DNA of 64,000 nt from Bacteroidota bacterium (GTDB taxonomy: Bacteria; Bacteroidota; Ignavibacteria; Kryptoniales; JAKASW01), in the NCBI GenBank assembly GCA_023480735.1, contig JAMCXB010000034.1:9618-73617 (forward strand), given 5' to 3'. The notes beneath the pieces were generated by a model. It was not told the origin of the DNA, did not search any database, and was given only the letters and a program-made list of their open reading frames with translations. Made by a program: the position numbers and the translations under genes. Positions 39,993-48,156 of the stretch are shown here, piece after piece (within the stretch, counting starts at the first letter, position 1; every line of letters starts with the position of its first letter).

Positions 39993-41597
39993 ATGCAGTA
40001 TCAATTCCTTGGAATTGGGTATCTGACGTGGATTACTTTTCTACCTATCTTGGGAATGATAGTGGTTCTGCTCATCCCAAGAGCGAATACAAATGCGATG
40101 AAATGGACGGCCCTTGGAGCTACAATCCTGCAGCTTGTTTTCGCGGCGTTGATCTGGGTCAATTTCAACCCGGCGCTTACTGGGATAAACGATGTTAGCA
40201 AATTCCAGTTCGTCGAACAGACAACGTGGATTAACCTTCAGGGAGCAGGCTGGTTCGGCCATGTAGTGGTCCAGTACTTCCTTGGAATTGACGGGCTTAG
40301 CCTTCCAATGGTCATTCTGACATCGCTTATTTCATTCGTCGGCGTGATTGCATCCTGGAATATCAACAAGGCTCAGAAGGGTTACTTTGCGTTGTACCTT
40401 CTTCTTGATACGGGTATGATGGGCGTGTTTGTCGCGCTCGACATGTTCCTGTTCTATGTGTTCTGGGAAATCATGCTTCTGCCGATGTACTTCCTCATCG
40501 GTATCTGGGGCGGTCCCAGGAGGGAATATGCTGCTATCAAGTTTTTCCTATATACATTGTTCGGGTCGGTACTGATACTCCTTGTTATGCTAGGCCTGTA
40601 CTTCAGTGTGAGCATTAAGGACCCTGTTACCGGACAGATGACGCACACCTTCAACATGCTGGCGATGATGAACCCCGCCAACTACGATCCGAATTCACTC
40701 CTTGGCGGAATCGGGACTTATTGGAGAGACGTAGCCTTCATCGCGCTATTCATAGGTTTTGCGATCAAGGTGCCGATTTTTCCGTTCCATACCTGGTTGC
40801 CCGATGCACACGTGGAAGCGCCGACCGCAATCAGCGTCATCTTGGCGGGCGTGCTTCTTAAAATGGGAACCTACGGATTTCTTAGAATCAGTTTTCCGAT
40901 ATTCCCTGATGCGATGCTTAAATATGCGTTTCCTCTGGCAATTCTTGGCTTCATAAATATCGTTTACGGCGCTCTCTGTGCCATGGCACAGACCGATTTC
41001 AAGAAGATGATAGCTTATTCGAGTATCAGTCACATGGGCGTCGTCCTCCTTGGAATCGCGGCGATGAATACGCAGGGCGTTTCAGGCGGCGTCCTGCAGA
41101 TGTTCAACCACGGCGTTGTGACTGCTATGCTGTTTCTCGTAGTCGGAGTGATTTATGACCGTGCACATACGCGCGGCCTGGATGATTTTGGCGGATTGGC
41201 CAATCAGATGCCGGTCTACACCGGAATCATGACGGTGGCCTTTTTCGCGGCGATTGGGCTGCCGGGTCTCAGCGAGTTTGTAAGTGAAATGCTCTCGTAT
41301 CTTGGCGCGTTCCAGACATTCCAGTGGGTCGCTATCTTTGCCAGCATCGGAATTCTCCTGACAGCGGGCTATATGCTTTGGGCTTTGCAGCGCGTCTTCC
41401 TCGGTCAGCTTCCGGAGAAGTGGAAGGGATTGCCCGATGTCAACGGAAGGGAACTGGTCGCATTCGTTCCGCTTATGATAGTCGTCATTTTGCTCGGCAT
41501 CTTCCCGTCAATCCTGCTGCATCCGATGAACGCTTCGTTGAACCACCTCGTCGATTTCGTTCACAAGGTCGGAACCGGTTTGAGTGCGGCAAAGTAA
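39993..41597 (+). CDS. nuoM: NADH-quinone oxidoreductase subunit M
   Basis: 534 aa. It contains FPFHTWLPDAHVEAPTAISVILAGVLLKMG. Confidence 0.95.
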   Translation: MQYQFLGIGYLTWITFLPILGMIVVLLIPRANTNAMKWTALGATILQLVFAALIWVNFNPALTGINDVSKFQFVEQTTWINLQGAGWFGHVVVQYFLGIDGLSLPMVILTSLISFVGVIASWNINKAQKGYFALYLLLDTGMMGVFVALDMFLFYVFWEIMLLPMYFLIGIWGGPRREYAAIKFFLYTLFGSVLILLVMLGLYFSVSIKDPVTGQMTHTFNMLAMMNPANYDPNSLLGGIGTYWRDVAFIALFIGFAIKVPIFPFHTWLPDAHVEAPTAISVILAGVLLKMGTYGFLRISFPIFPDAMLKYAFPLAILGFINIVYGALCAMAQTDFKKMIAYSSISHMGVVLLGIAAMNTQGVSGGVLQMFNHGVVTAMLFLVVGVIYDRAHTRGLDDFGGLANQMPVYTGIMTVAFFAAIGLPGLSEFVSEMLSYLGAFQTFQWVAIFASIGILLTAGYMLWALQRVFLGQLPEKWKGLPDVNGRELVAFVPLMIVVILLGIFPSILLHPMNASLNHLVDFVHKVGTGLSAAK

Positions 41598-41619
41598 AAG
41601 ATAAGGATCTATTCATAAG

Positions 41620-43116
41620 ATGGCACAGACTATATACGAGAGTTTCGGCTATGTTTTGCCTGAGACTATGCTTTCGATCTTTTTCGTTCTAACGCTCTTG
41701 ACGGCTTTGGTCGGCAAGAAGCGGAGCAAATACTTGCCGGCATACATGGCGCTCCTCGGACTCGTGCTCGCGGGTATTTTCGTGTTCAGGCAAATTGGCG
41801 TGGACGAGCTTGTCTTCAGCGGCATGTATGCAGTAGACCCGTTCAGCTGGTTCTTCAAGGTCATCTTCCTGGTAACCGGAGTCCTGATCATACTCTTTTC
41901 ACTGCAGAGCCGCGAGCTGGAGGCGGTGTCCACAAAATACCCGGAATACTTCAGCCTCATCCTGGCTCTGACGATCGGCGCCTTTTTTATGGCCGGTTCT
42001 TCCAATCTGCTGATGATGTATCTGTCTCTCGAACTCGTGAGCATTTCTTCTTACATCCTTTCCGGCTTCACTAAGGAGAATGCCCGCGCCGACGAAGCGT
42101 CTCTGAAGTATGTGATATACGGCGCATTCTCGTCAGGCTTAATGCTCTACGGCATCTCCCTCATCTATGGTTTGACAGGTGAAACTAATCTGTATGCGAT
42201 GAACCAGGCCTTGGCAGTCGGGAGCATACCTAGAATTACAATACTGCTTGCAGTTATCCTAATGCTCGTCGGCCTCGGCTACAAGATCAGCGCAGTACCG
42301 TTCCACTTCTGGACTCCGGACGTTTATGAGGGTGCTCCGATCACAGTGACCGCGTTCCTGTCTGTTACGTCCAAGGCGGCAGGCTTCGCGATGTTGATGA
42401 GGTTTTTCAAGATTGGTTTTGTAGACGTGACTGCGGTGCCTGCCATGGCCGGGATGTGGGCTATCTTTAAGGGGTTCAACTGGACCGACATCATCGCCGT
42501 TCTTTCGGTCCTCACTATGACGGTAGGCAACCTGGTTGCAATCTGGCAGTCAAACATGAAACGCCTGCTGGCATACTCAAGTATTGCTCACGCGGGCTAC
42601 ATCCTGATGGGCTTCGTAACCTTAACCGATCAGGGAATGTCTGCAATACTGCTTTACTTCGTTGCCTACCTGCTGATGAATCTCGGCGCTTTCTATGTCG
42701 TGATGCTGATTGCGAATAAATATCATACCGAGAACGTCGAGGACTACAGGGGACTCGGTTACCGCTCTCCTTATGCGGCGTTCGCTCTGACGGTGTTTCT
42801 TTTCTCGTTGACCGGGATACCTCCGACGTTCGGTTTCATAGGGAAATTCTATCTGTTCTCTGCTCTAATAAGCACAAATTATATATGGCTGGCAATAGTC
42901 GGCGTTATTAATAGTGTCGTGTCACTTTACTACTACGCTAAGGTGGTACGCTACATGTACCTTGTCGAGCCGGTCGAGAAGTCGAGAGTGGAGTTTGATT
43001 TTGGAAGCAATCTACTGATGACCCTGCTTGTAGTTCCCAATATCGCACTCATGCTGTATTTCACTCCGATTTTGAGCTGGGCGCAGTATTCGGTGACAAT
43101 GTTCGGGTTGCACTAA
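41620..43116 (+). CDS. nuoN: NADH-quinone oxidoreductase subunit N
   Basis: 498 aa. It contains VPFHFWTPDVYEGAPITVTAFLSV and is the last gene of the operon. Confidence 0.95.
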   Translation: MAQTIYESFGYVLPETMLSIFFVLTLLTALVGKKRSKYLPAYMALLGLVLAGIFVFRQIGVDELVFSGMYAVDPFSWFFKVIFLVTGVLIILFSLQSRELEAVSTKYPEYFSLILALTIGAFFMAGSSNLLMMYLSLELVSISSYILSGFTKENARADEASLKYVIYGAFSSGLMLYGISLIYGLTGETNLYAMNQALAVGSIPRITILLAVILMLVGLGYKISAVPFHFWTPDVYEGAPITVTAFLSVTSKAAGFAMLMRFFKIGFVDVTAVPAMAGMWAIFKGFNWTDIIAVLSVLTMTVGNLVAIWQSNMKRLLAYSSIAHAGYILMGFVTLTDQGMSAILLYFVAYLLMNLGAFYVVMLIANKYHTENVEDYRGLGYRSPYAAFALTVFLFSLTGIPPTFGFIGKFYLFSALISTNYIWLAIVGVINSVVSLYYYAKVVRYMYLVEPVEKSRVEFDFGSNLLMTLLVVPNIALMLYFTPILSWAQYSVTMFGLH

Positions 43117-43202
43117 ACGCCCGCTCGTTCGTGGAGTTGGTCGCCGTGTAGAAGGGATCGGCTCCTTTCCCGCCTGGGATGCAACATTCTTGGTTACCCT
43201 AT

Positions 43203-43236
43203 AAAAAAAAGCCCCGCTGAAAAGCGGGACTTTTTC
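43203..43236. terminator. bidirectional rho-independent terminator between nuoN and rpsU
   Basis: AAAAAAAAGCCCCGCT-GAAA-AGCGGGACTTTTTCC. The GC stem has an A-run on one side and a T-run on the other. Confidence 0.7.
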
Positions 43237-43240
43237 CGTA

Positions 43241-43435
43241 TCAACCGAGTTCCGATGCAAGCTTTTGATTGCGCCTTATAGCCTTAACGCGCTTCATGCG
43301 CTTGCGAACTGAAGGCTTCGTGAAGTATGTTCGCTTCTTGAATTCTTTCAGAATTCCCGAACGCTCGTACTTCTTCTTGAAGCGCCTCAGAGCTCTGTCG
43401 ATCGGCTCATTTTCCTGAACCATGACGCCGACCAA
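43241..43435 (-). CDS. rpsU: 30S ribosomal protein S21
   Basis: 64 aa. It contains VMVQENEPIDRALRRFKKKYERSGILKEFKKRTYFTKPS. The start codon is TTG. Confidence 0.93.
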   Translation of the reverse strand: MVGVMVQENEPIDRALRRFKKKYERSGILKEFKKRTYFTKPSVRKRMKRVKAIRRNQKLASELG

Positions 43436-43588
43436 TCAAATCACCTTCCTTCGTTTTAAATGAGCTATGATAAAATAAGCACCTGAAATTGGAAAAACAA
43501 GGTTGCTCGGCATGAAATGGCTCCTTCTATCCCGCGAGAAATCGTGAAAATACGACGCACGATGCTTATATTTCGTTGTTGATAGGTT

Positions 43589-44437
43589 ATGATTTCTTCT
43601 ACTCATACATATAACTTTGGGAGCTGCGTGTTCGAATTCGGAACGCGGACATACCTGATGGGTATTCTCAACGTCACTCCCGATTCCTTCTCTGATGGCG
43701 GGAGATTTTTCGACCAGACAGACGCGGTCCTGCACGGCTTCCAGATGGTAAAGGACGGAGCCGATCTGATCGACGTGGGGGGTGAGTCAACGAGGCCGGG
43801 TGCAGGGCTCGTTTCTGCTGAAGAGGAAATACGCAGAGTTATTCCTGTTATACGTAAGGTTCGCCAGAAGGTCAGTGTGCCAATTTCAATAGACACTTAT
43901 AAATCCGAGGTGGCAAAGGCCGCTTTGGAGGCAGGAGCCAGTATTGTAAATGATATCAGCGGTTTGCATTTTGATGAGAGAATGGCCGAAGTGATTGCGG
44001 GACACGATGCTTCGGTAGTCGTTATGCACATAAAGGGAACCCCAAAGGACATGCAGAGCAATCCTGAATATGATGACGTAGTTGGAGAAGTGTACGAATA
44101 TCTTTTGAAGTCGGTTGAGGCAGCAAGGAAGAGCGGCATAAAACAGATAATGATAGATCCGGGTATCGGGTTCGGCAAGACGGCAGATCACAATCTGGAA
44201 CTCATAAACCGATTGGAGGCATTCAAGAGCATAGGAGTCCCGATTCTTATCGGGGTATCGAGGAAATCTTTTATCGGGAAGATTCTGGAGACGCCGGTGG
44301 AGGCTCGCCTGGAAGGCACTGCGGCAGCAGTTACTGCAAGCATACTTCGCGGTGCTGATATTGTCCGCGTTCACGATGTGCGCGAAATGCGTCGTGTTGC
44401 GCTGGTCGCCGATGCGATACGGAGACAAACGGTTTAA
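43589..44437 (+). CDS. folP: dihydropteroate synthase
   Basis: 282 aa. It contains GILNVTPDSFSDGG and DVGGESTRPG. Confidence 0.95.
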   Translation: MISSTHTYNFGSCVFEFGTRTYLMGILNVTPDSFSDGGRFFDQTDAVLHGFQMVKDGADLIDVGGESTRPGAGLVSAEEEIRRVIPVIRKVRQKVSVPISIDTYKSEVAKAALEAGASIVNDISGLHFDERMAEVIAGHDASVVVMHIKGTPKDMQSNPEYDDVVGEVYEYLLKSVEAARKSGIKQIMIDPGIGFGKTADHNLELINRLEAFKSIGVPILIGVSRKSFIGKILETPVEARLEGTAAAVTASILRGADIVRVHDVREMRRVALVADAIRRQTV

Positions 44438-45252
44438 TGGAACTTTTCCGCATAGGTTTCCTCACGGTCTCTCTCATCGACATCCTGGACATAGGGATCG
44501 TAGCTTTTATTTTCTACAAACTGTATCAGGTCATGCGCGGAACGGTGGCCGCCCAGATTTTCATCGGGCTGCTGATGATCCTTGCACTGTCGTTTGCCGC
44601 TCAGGCGCTTGGGATGCGAGCACTGGGTTGGCTTCTCGGAACGCTGACAAATATCTGGGTTATCGCTTTCATAGTCCTGTTTCAGCCTGAGCTTAGAAGA
44701 CTCTTCCTCTATTTCGGAAAGAACAGTTTTGTCAGGTTTTTTATACACATCGATATAAGCGAGACTGTTGATGATATTGCAGACGCAGCAGCCGAGCTGA
44801 GCAACAGACAGCACGGTGCGTTAATTGTTATTGCGCGCACGAGTGCACTGAGGACGATTATCGAGACCGGCGAGGAAATTCGCGCCAAAGTTTCGAAAGG
44901 CCTCTTGGTGTCGATATTCAATCCAAAGGCTCCGCTGCATGACGGTGCTGTGGTGATCCGCGGAGAATCTATTGAAGCGGCCAGATGTACGCTGCCACTC
45001 AGTTCAACAACGAAGATCAGCGGCTATGTTCTGGGCATGCGGCATCGGGCTGGACTTGGAGTCTCGGAGCAATCGGACGCGCTGGTTGTGATAGTATCGG
45101 AAGAGACAGGAACTATTTCGGTTGCAGAGGACGGCGTTTTGTCGCGGGGACTTTCTCCGGAGGGGCTGCGACGCAAGTTAAAAGAGATGCTTCCCAGTCC
45201 ATCGGAGAAGGGGATAAGGTCGATCTTTAAACGCACGGCAGAGGATGCCTAA
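44437..45252 (+). CDS. cdaA: diadenylate cyclase (membrane-anchored, CdaA type)
   Basis: It has three N-terminal TM helices followed by a DAC domain (HGALIVI, PLHDGAVVI, GMRHRAGLG, SDALVVIVSEETGTISV). Confidence 0.93.
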   Translation: MELFRIGFLTVSLIDILDIGIVAFIFYKLYQVMRGTVAAQIFIGLLMILALSFAAQALGMRALGWLLGTLTNIWVIAFIVLFQPELRRLFLYFGKNSFVRFFIHIDISETVDDIADAAAELSNRQHGALIVIARTSALRTIIETGEEIRAKVSKGLLVSIFNPKAPLHDGAVVIRGESIEAARCTLPLSSTTKISGYVLGMRHRAGLGVSEQSDALVVIVSEETGTISVAEDGVLSRGLSPEGLRRKLKEMLPSPSEKGIRSIFKRTAEDA

Positions 45253-45910
45253 GGTTGCCATTGCTATCCCTGCCCGCAACGCTGCGAATTCTATCGGAGA
45301 GGTGATATCGCAGGTGACCCGTTTTGTGTCTCCTGAAGATGTTTTTGTCGTTGACGACGGCTCTTCCGATCAGACCGGTTTGGTCGCTCGTGAAAAAGGT
45401 GTCTGGCTGCTCCGCCATGCTGCAAAGCGAGGGAAAGGCTCAGCACTCCGCGACGCTACGATAAAGATCCTTGAACGCGACTATGAGTCTGTCATAACTC
45501 TCGATTCCGATTTGCAGCACGATCCGGGAGAGATTCCGTCGTTTATTTCTGCATCCCGGGATTTCGACGTAGTGATAGGAAGGCGAACTATTTCGGTCGA
45601 CAAAATGCCGGTTCACAGATTCCTGTCTAACACGATAACGACGAAGCTGATCTCTATGAGGACAGGAGTCAATATCGAAGACAGCCAGTGCGGCTACAGG
45701 CTTTACAAGACTGCAGTATTGAAAGCCATCCACTCGAACTGCAATTATTACGACTATGAATCCGACTTGTTGATCAAGGCGGCTCTGGCCGGCTTTCAGA
45801 TTGGTTTTGTCCCAATAAAAACGATTTACAACGATTCGAAGAGTGGGATGCGTACAATCGATATACTTCGTTTCATAAGAATCTACCTTAGATCTTTCAT
45901 CCAAAATTAA
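45245..45910 (+). CDS. family-2 glycosyltransferase (polyprenol-phosphate glycosyltransferase-like)
   Basis: 221 aa. It contains IAIPARNAA, VVDDGSSDQT, DSDLQHDP and SQCGYR. Confidence 0.85.
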   Translation: MPKVAIAIPARNAANSIGEVISQVTRFVSPEDVFVVDDGSSDQTGLVAREKGVWLLRHAAKRGKGSALRDATIKILERDYESVITLDSDLQHDPGEIPSFISASRDFDVVIGRRTISVDKMPVHRFLSNTITTKLISMRTGVNIEDSQCGYRLYKTAVLKAIHSNCNYYDYESDLLIKAALAGFQIGFVPIKTIYNDSKSGMRTIDILRFIRIYLRSFIQN

Positions 45911-46584
45911 TGACAAAAACCGGATTGCTCGATAAATACGCCGAAGCTCGTGCTGAGATGGTTTATCTGCTCAGAGAGCGAGGAATCTCTGATGAGCTAG
46001 TGCTGAAGGCGATGTCTGAGGTCGAGCGGCATCTCTTTGTGCCCCTTCCGCTTCGGAACCACGCATACGATGATGCCGCACTGCCGATTGGCGAAGGGCA
46101 GACTATCTCGCAGCCATATACCGTGGCTTTAATGACAGAGGATCTCCGGGTTAAAGAACTTGACAAGGTACTTGAAATCGGAACGGGAAGCGGCTACCAA
46201 ACTGCGATTCTCGCGGCCATGGGTGTCAGAGTATTCACGATCGAGCGGCTCCCGGCTTTGCTCAAGACAGCCCGACAGGTCTTGGAAAGCCTTAATGTCA
46301 GATTCGTGTCCAAGGCTAGTGATGGCACAATCGGATGGCGGGAGTTTTCTCCGTATGACGGGATCCTGGTTACCGCGGGTGCACCGGAAATACCGAAGCC
46401 GTTGGTAGAGCAGTTGAAAGTGGGCGGAAAGCTTGTCGTCCCCGTCGGGTCTCAGGACTTCCAGCAGATGAAGATTGTAACGAAAGTGGATGAGAACAAC
46501 CGATGCGAAATAGTTGACAAGGCAGATTTCAAATTCGTACCGCTGATAGGCAAGGAAGGATGGCACGAAGACGATAGCAGGTAA
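45910..46584 (+). CDS. pcm: protein-L-isoaspartate O-methyltransferase
   Basis: 224 aa. It contains ISQPYTVALMTE and the SAM motif VLEIGTGSGYQTA. Confidence 0.93.
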   Translation: MTKTGLLDKYAEARAEMVYLLRERGISDELVLKAMSEVERHLFVPLPLRNHAYDDAALPIGEGQTISQPYTVALMTEDLRVKELDKVLEIGTGSGYQTAILAAMGVRVFTIERLPALLKTARQVLESLNVRFVSKASDGTIGWREFSPYDGILVTAGAPEIPKPLVEQLKVGGKLVVPVGSQDFQQMKIVTKVDENNRCEIVDKADFKFVPLIGKEGWHEDDSR

Positions 46585-47512
46585 GGAGGCAATCGCCGTT
46601 GTAGGGCCGACCTGCACGGGGAAAACAAGGGTAGGCATAGAACTTGCGAAGCTGATCGGCGGAGAAATCATATCGGCTGACTCGAGACAAATCTACAAAC
46701 TCGCTACTATCGGCACTGCGAAGCCAACTCACGAAGATTTGTCCGAGGTTCCGCATCATCTCATAGATATACTTCCGCTGGATGAACAGATGAGCGCAGG
46801 AGCTTATTCCAGGCTCGCAAGAAATATCGCGGCCGAGATCTTTTCAAGGGGACGTGTCCCGATAATAGTCGGCGGTTCTGGGCTTTACCTGCGTGCTCTT
46901 ATCGACGGCCTGTTTGAGGCGCCGGAGGTCGATGAGGAGACGAGGACAAATCTCAAGAAGAGGCTTCACTCCGAAGGCGCAGAGAAACTTCTCGAGGAAT
47001 TGAAACGGATCGATCCGGAAGCTGCAGAAGGCTTACTCCCTCAGAACTATAAGCGGATATTGAGGGCGCTCGAAGTCTGGTATAGTTCGGGAAGAAAGAT
47101 CTCGGAATTAAGGGAGTTGCGTCCGGATCCTCCGGATTTCACAACCCTCCAGTTCGGACTCCAGGTGGAACGCAAAGAGTTGTACCACCGGATAGAACAA
47201 CGTGTCGACGGAATGATCGAGCAGGGTCTGGTGGATGAAGTCAAAGAGATACTTCGCCGCGGATTTGACCCGGGTTTTAATTCCCTACAGACTGTCGGTT
47301 ACAAGGAAGTTATATCCTACCTGGAGCAGAGAATCCCATTCGAAGAAATGGTAGCCTTAATCAAGATGAACACCCGACGTTATGCGAAGCGGCAGATGAC
47401 TTGGTTCCGTAAGGATGGAAGGATCAATTGGATAGAATCAGATAACAAAACGCCCGTTGGGATCGCAGAAGAAATATACAGATTAGTCGGAAGCTTGCCG
47501 CAGAAGGTCTGA
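46565..47512 (+). CDS. miaA: tRNA dimethylallyltransferase; start codon unresolved
   Basis: The ORF track starts at TTG 46739, but the same frame is open from 46550. Upstream of 46739 it encodes the essential P-loop IAVVGPTCTGKT and the ISADSRQIYK block. There is no ATG, GTG or TTG in frame between 46550 and 46738. 46565 is an ACG codon preceded by GGAAGGA. Confidence 0.85.
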   Translation, partial: TKTIAGKEAIAVVGPTCTGKTRVGIELAKLIGGEIISADSRQIYKLATIGTAKPTHEDLSEVPHHLIDILPLDEQMSAGAYSRLARNIAAEIFSRGRVPIIVGGSGLYLRALIDGLFEAPEVDEETRTNLKKRLHSEGAEKLLEELKRIDPEAAEGLLPQNYKRILRALEVWYSSGRKISELRELRPDPPDFTTLQFGLQVERKELYHRIEQRVDGMIEQGLVDEVKEILRRGFDPGFNSLQTVGYKEVISYLEQRIPFEEMVALIKMNTRRYAKRQMTWFRKDGRINWIESDNKTPVGIAEEIYRLVGSLPQKV

Positions 47513-47566
47513 GGAATACCCCTCAAGTTTTGCGGTTTGCCAATCTTATTGTAGACAAACCAAGGG

Positions 47567-48151
47567 CTAGACGGCGGGATGTTCTTTCAGGGAGAGAGAG
47601 GCGATTAACGTTTCGGCGGCTTGAGACGCACTGGCGACCATTCTCACATAACCCGTCCTCGACTCATGACCTTCCGCAATCAGCGCTTTGCCCATCAGGT
47701 TAACTACCGGCTTCCAAAAATCGCCAACTAAGATTATCGGCTTCTCCCCGATAAGGTTCTTGTTCATCAGCTCCCAAACCATGGCAAATTCGACCAACGT
47801 GCCCGTCCCTCCTCTGAGGATAACATAGGCATCACCGATCTCTACCAGTTTTTCCAGGCGTTCGAAGTGTGAGCGGGCATGGACCTGCACATTCACGTAT
47901 TTATTGGGTGTCGGAGAAAAAGTGGCTGAAGTTACACCGATTATCTTTACGTCTGATTCTGAGGCCCCTCTTGATACTGCCTCCATTATTCCCCCGTATC
48001 CCCCCGTACAAACTGAAATTCCTGCCGAGGAAAGCTTTTTGCCGAGGATCTCGGCCTCCTCGTATTCTTTGGATCCTTCGACCGGGCGGCTGCTTCCGAA
48101 GATTGTTACAATCTTGCCCTGAGCGGGCTGTGGAGTTTGTGTTTCAGACAC
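47567..48151 (-). CDS. LOG-family (TIGR00725/00730-like) nucleotide-binding protein
   Basis: 194 aa. It contains IFGSSR, GGYGGIMEA and RGGTGTLVEF. Confidence 0.8.
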   Translation of the reverse strand: MSETQTPQPAQGKIVTIFGSSRPVEGSKEYEEAEILGKKLSSAGISVCTGGYGGIMEAVSRGASESDVKIIGVTSATFSPTPNKYVNVQVHARSHFERLEKLVEIGDAYVILRGGTGTLVEFAMVWELMNKNLIGEKPIILVGDFWKPVVNLMGKALIAEGHESRTGYVRMVASASQAAETLIASLSLKEHPAV

Positions 48152-48156
48152 AAATT

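Noticed and set aside
43436-43588. Riboswitch candidates: a c-di-AMP (ydaO-type) element upstream of folP-cdaA, and a cobalamin element upstream of the membrane-protein/mutase pair (52854-52926).
   Set aside because: The spacers are short, and I could not see the conserved cores of these riboswitch classes. This needs an Infernal/Rfam scan to exclude it formally.
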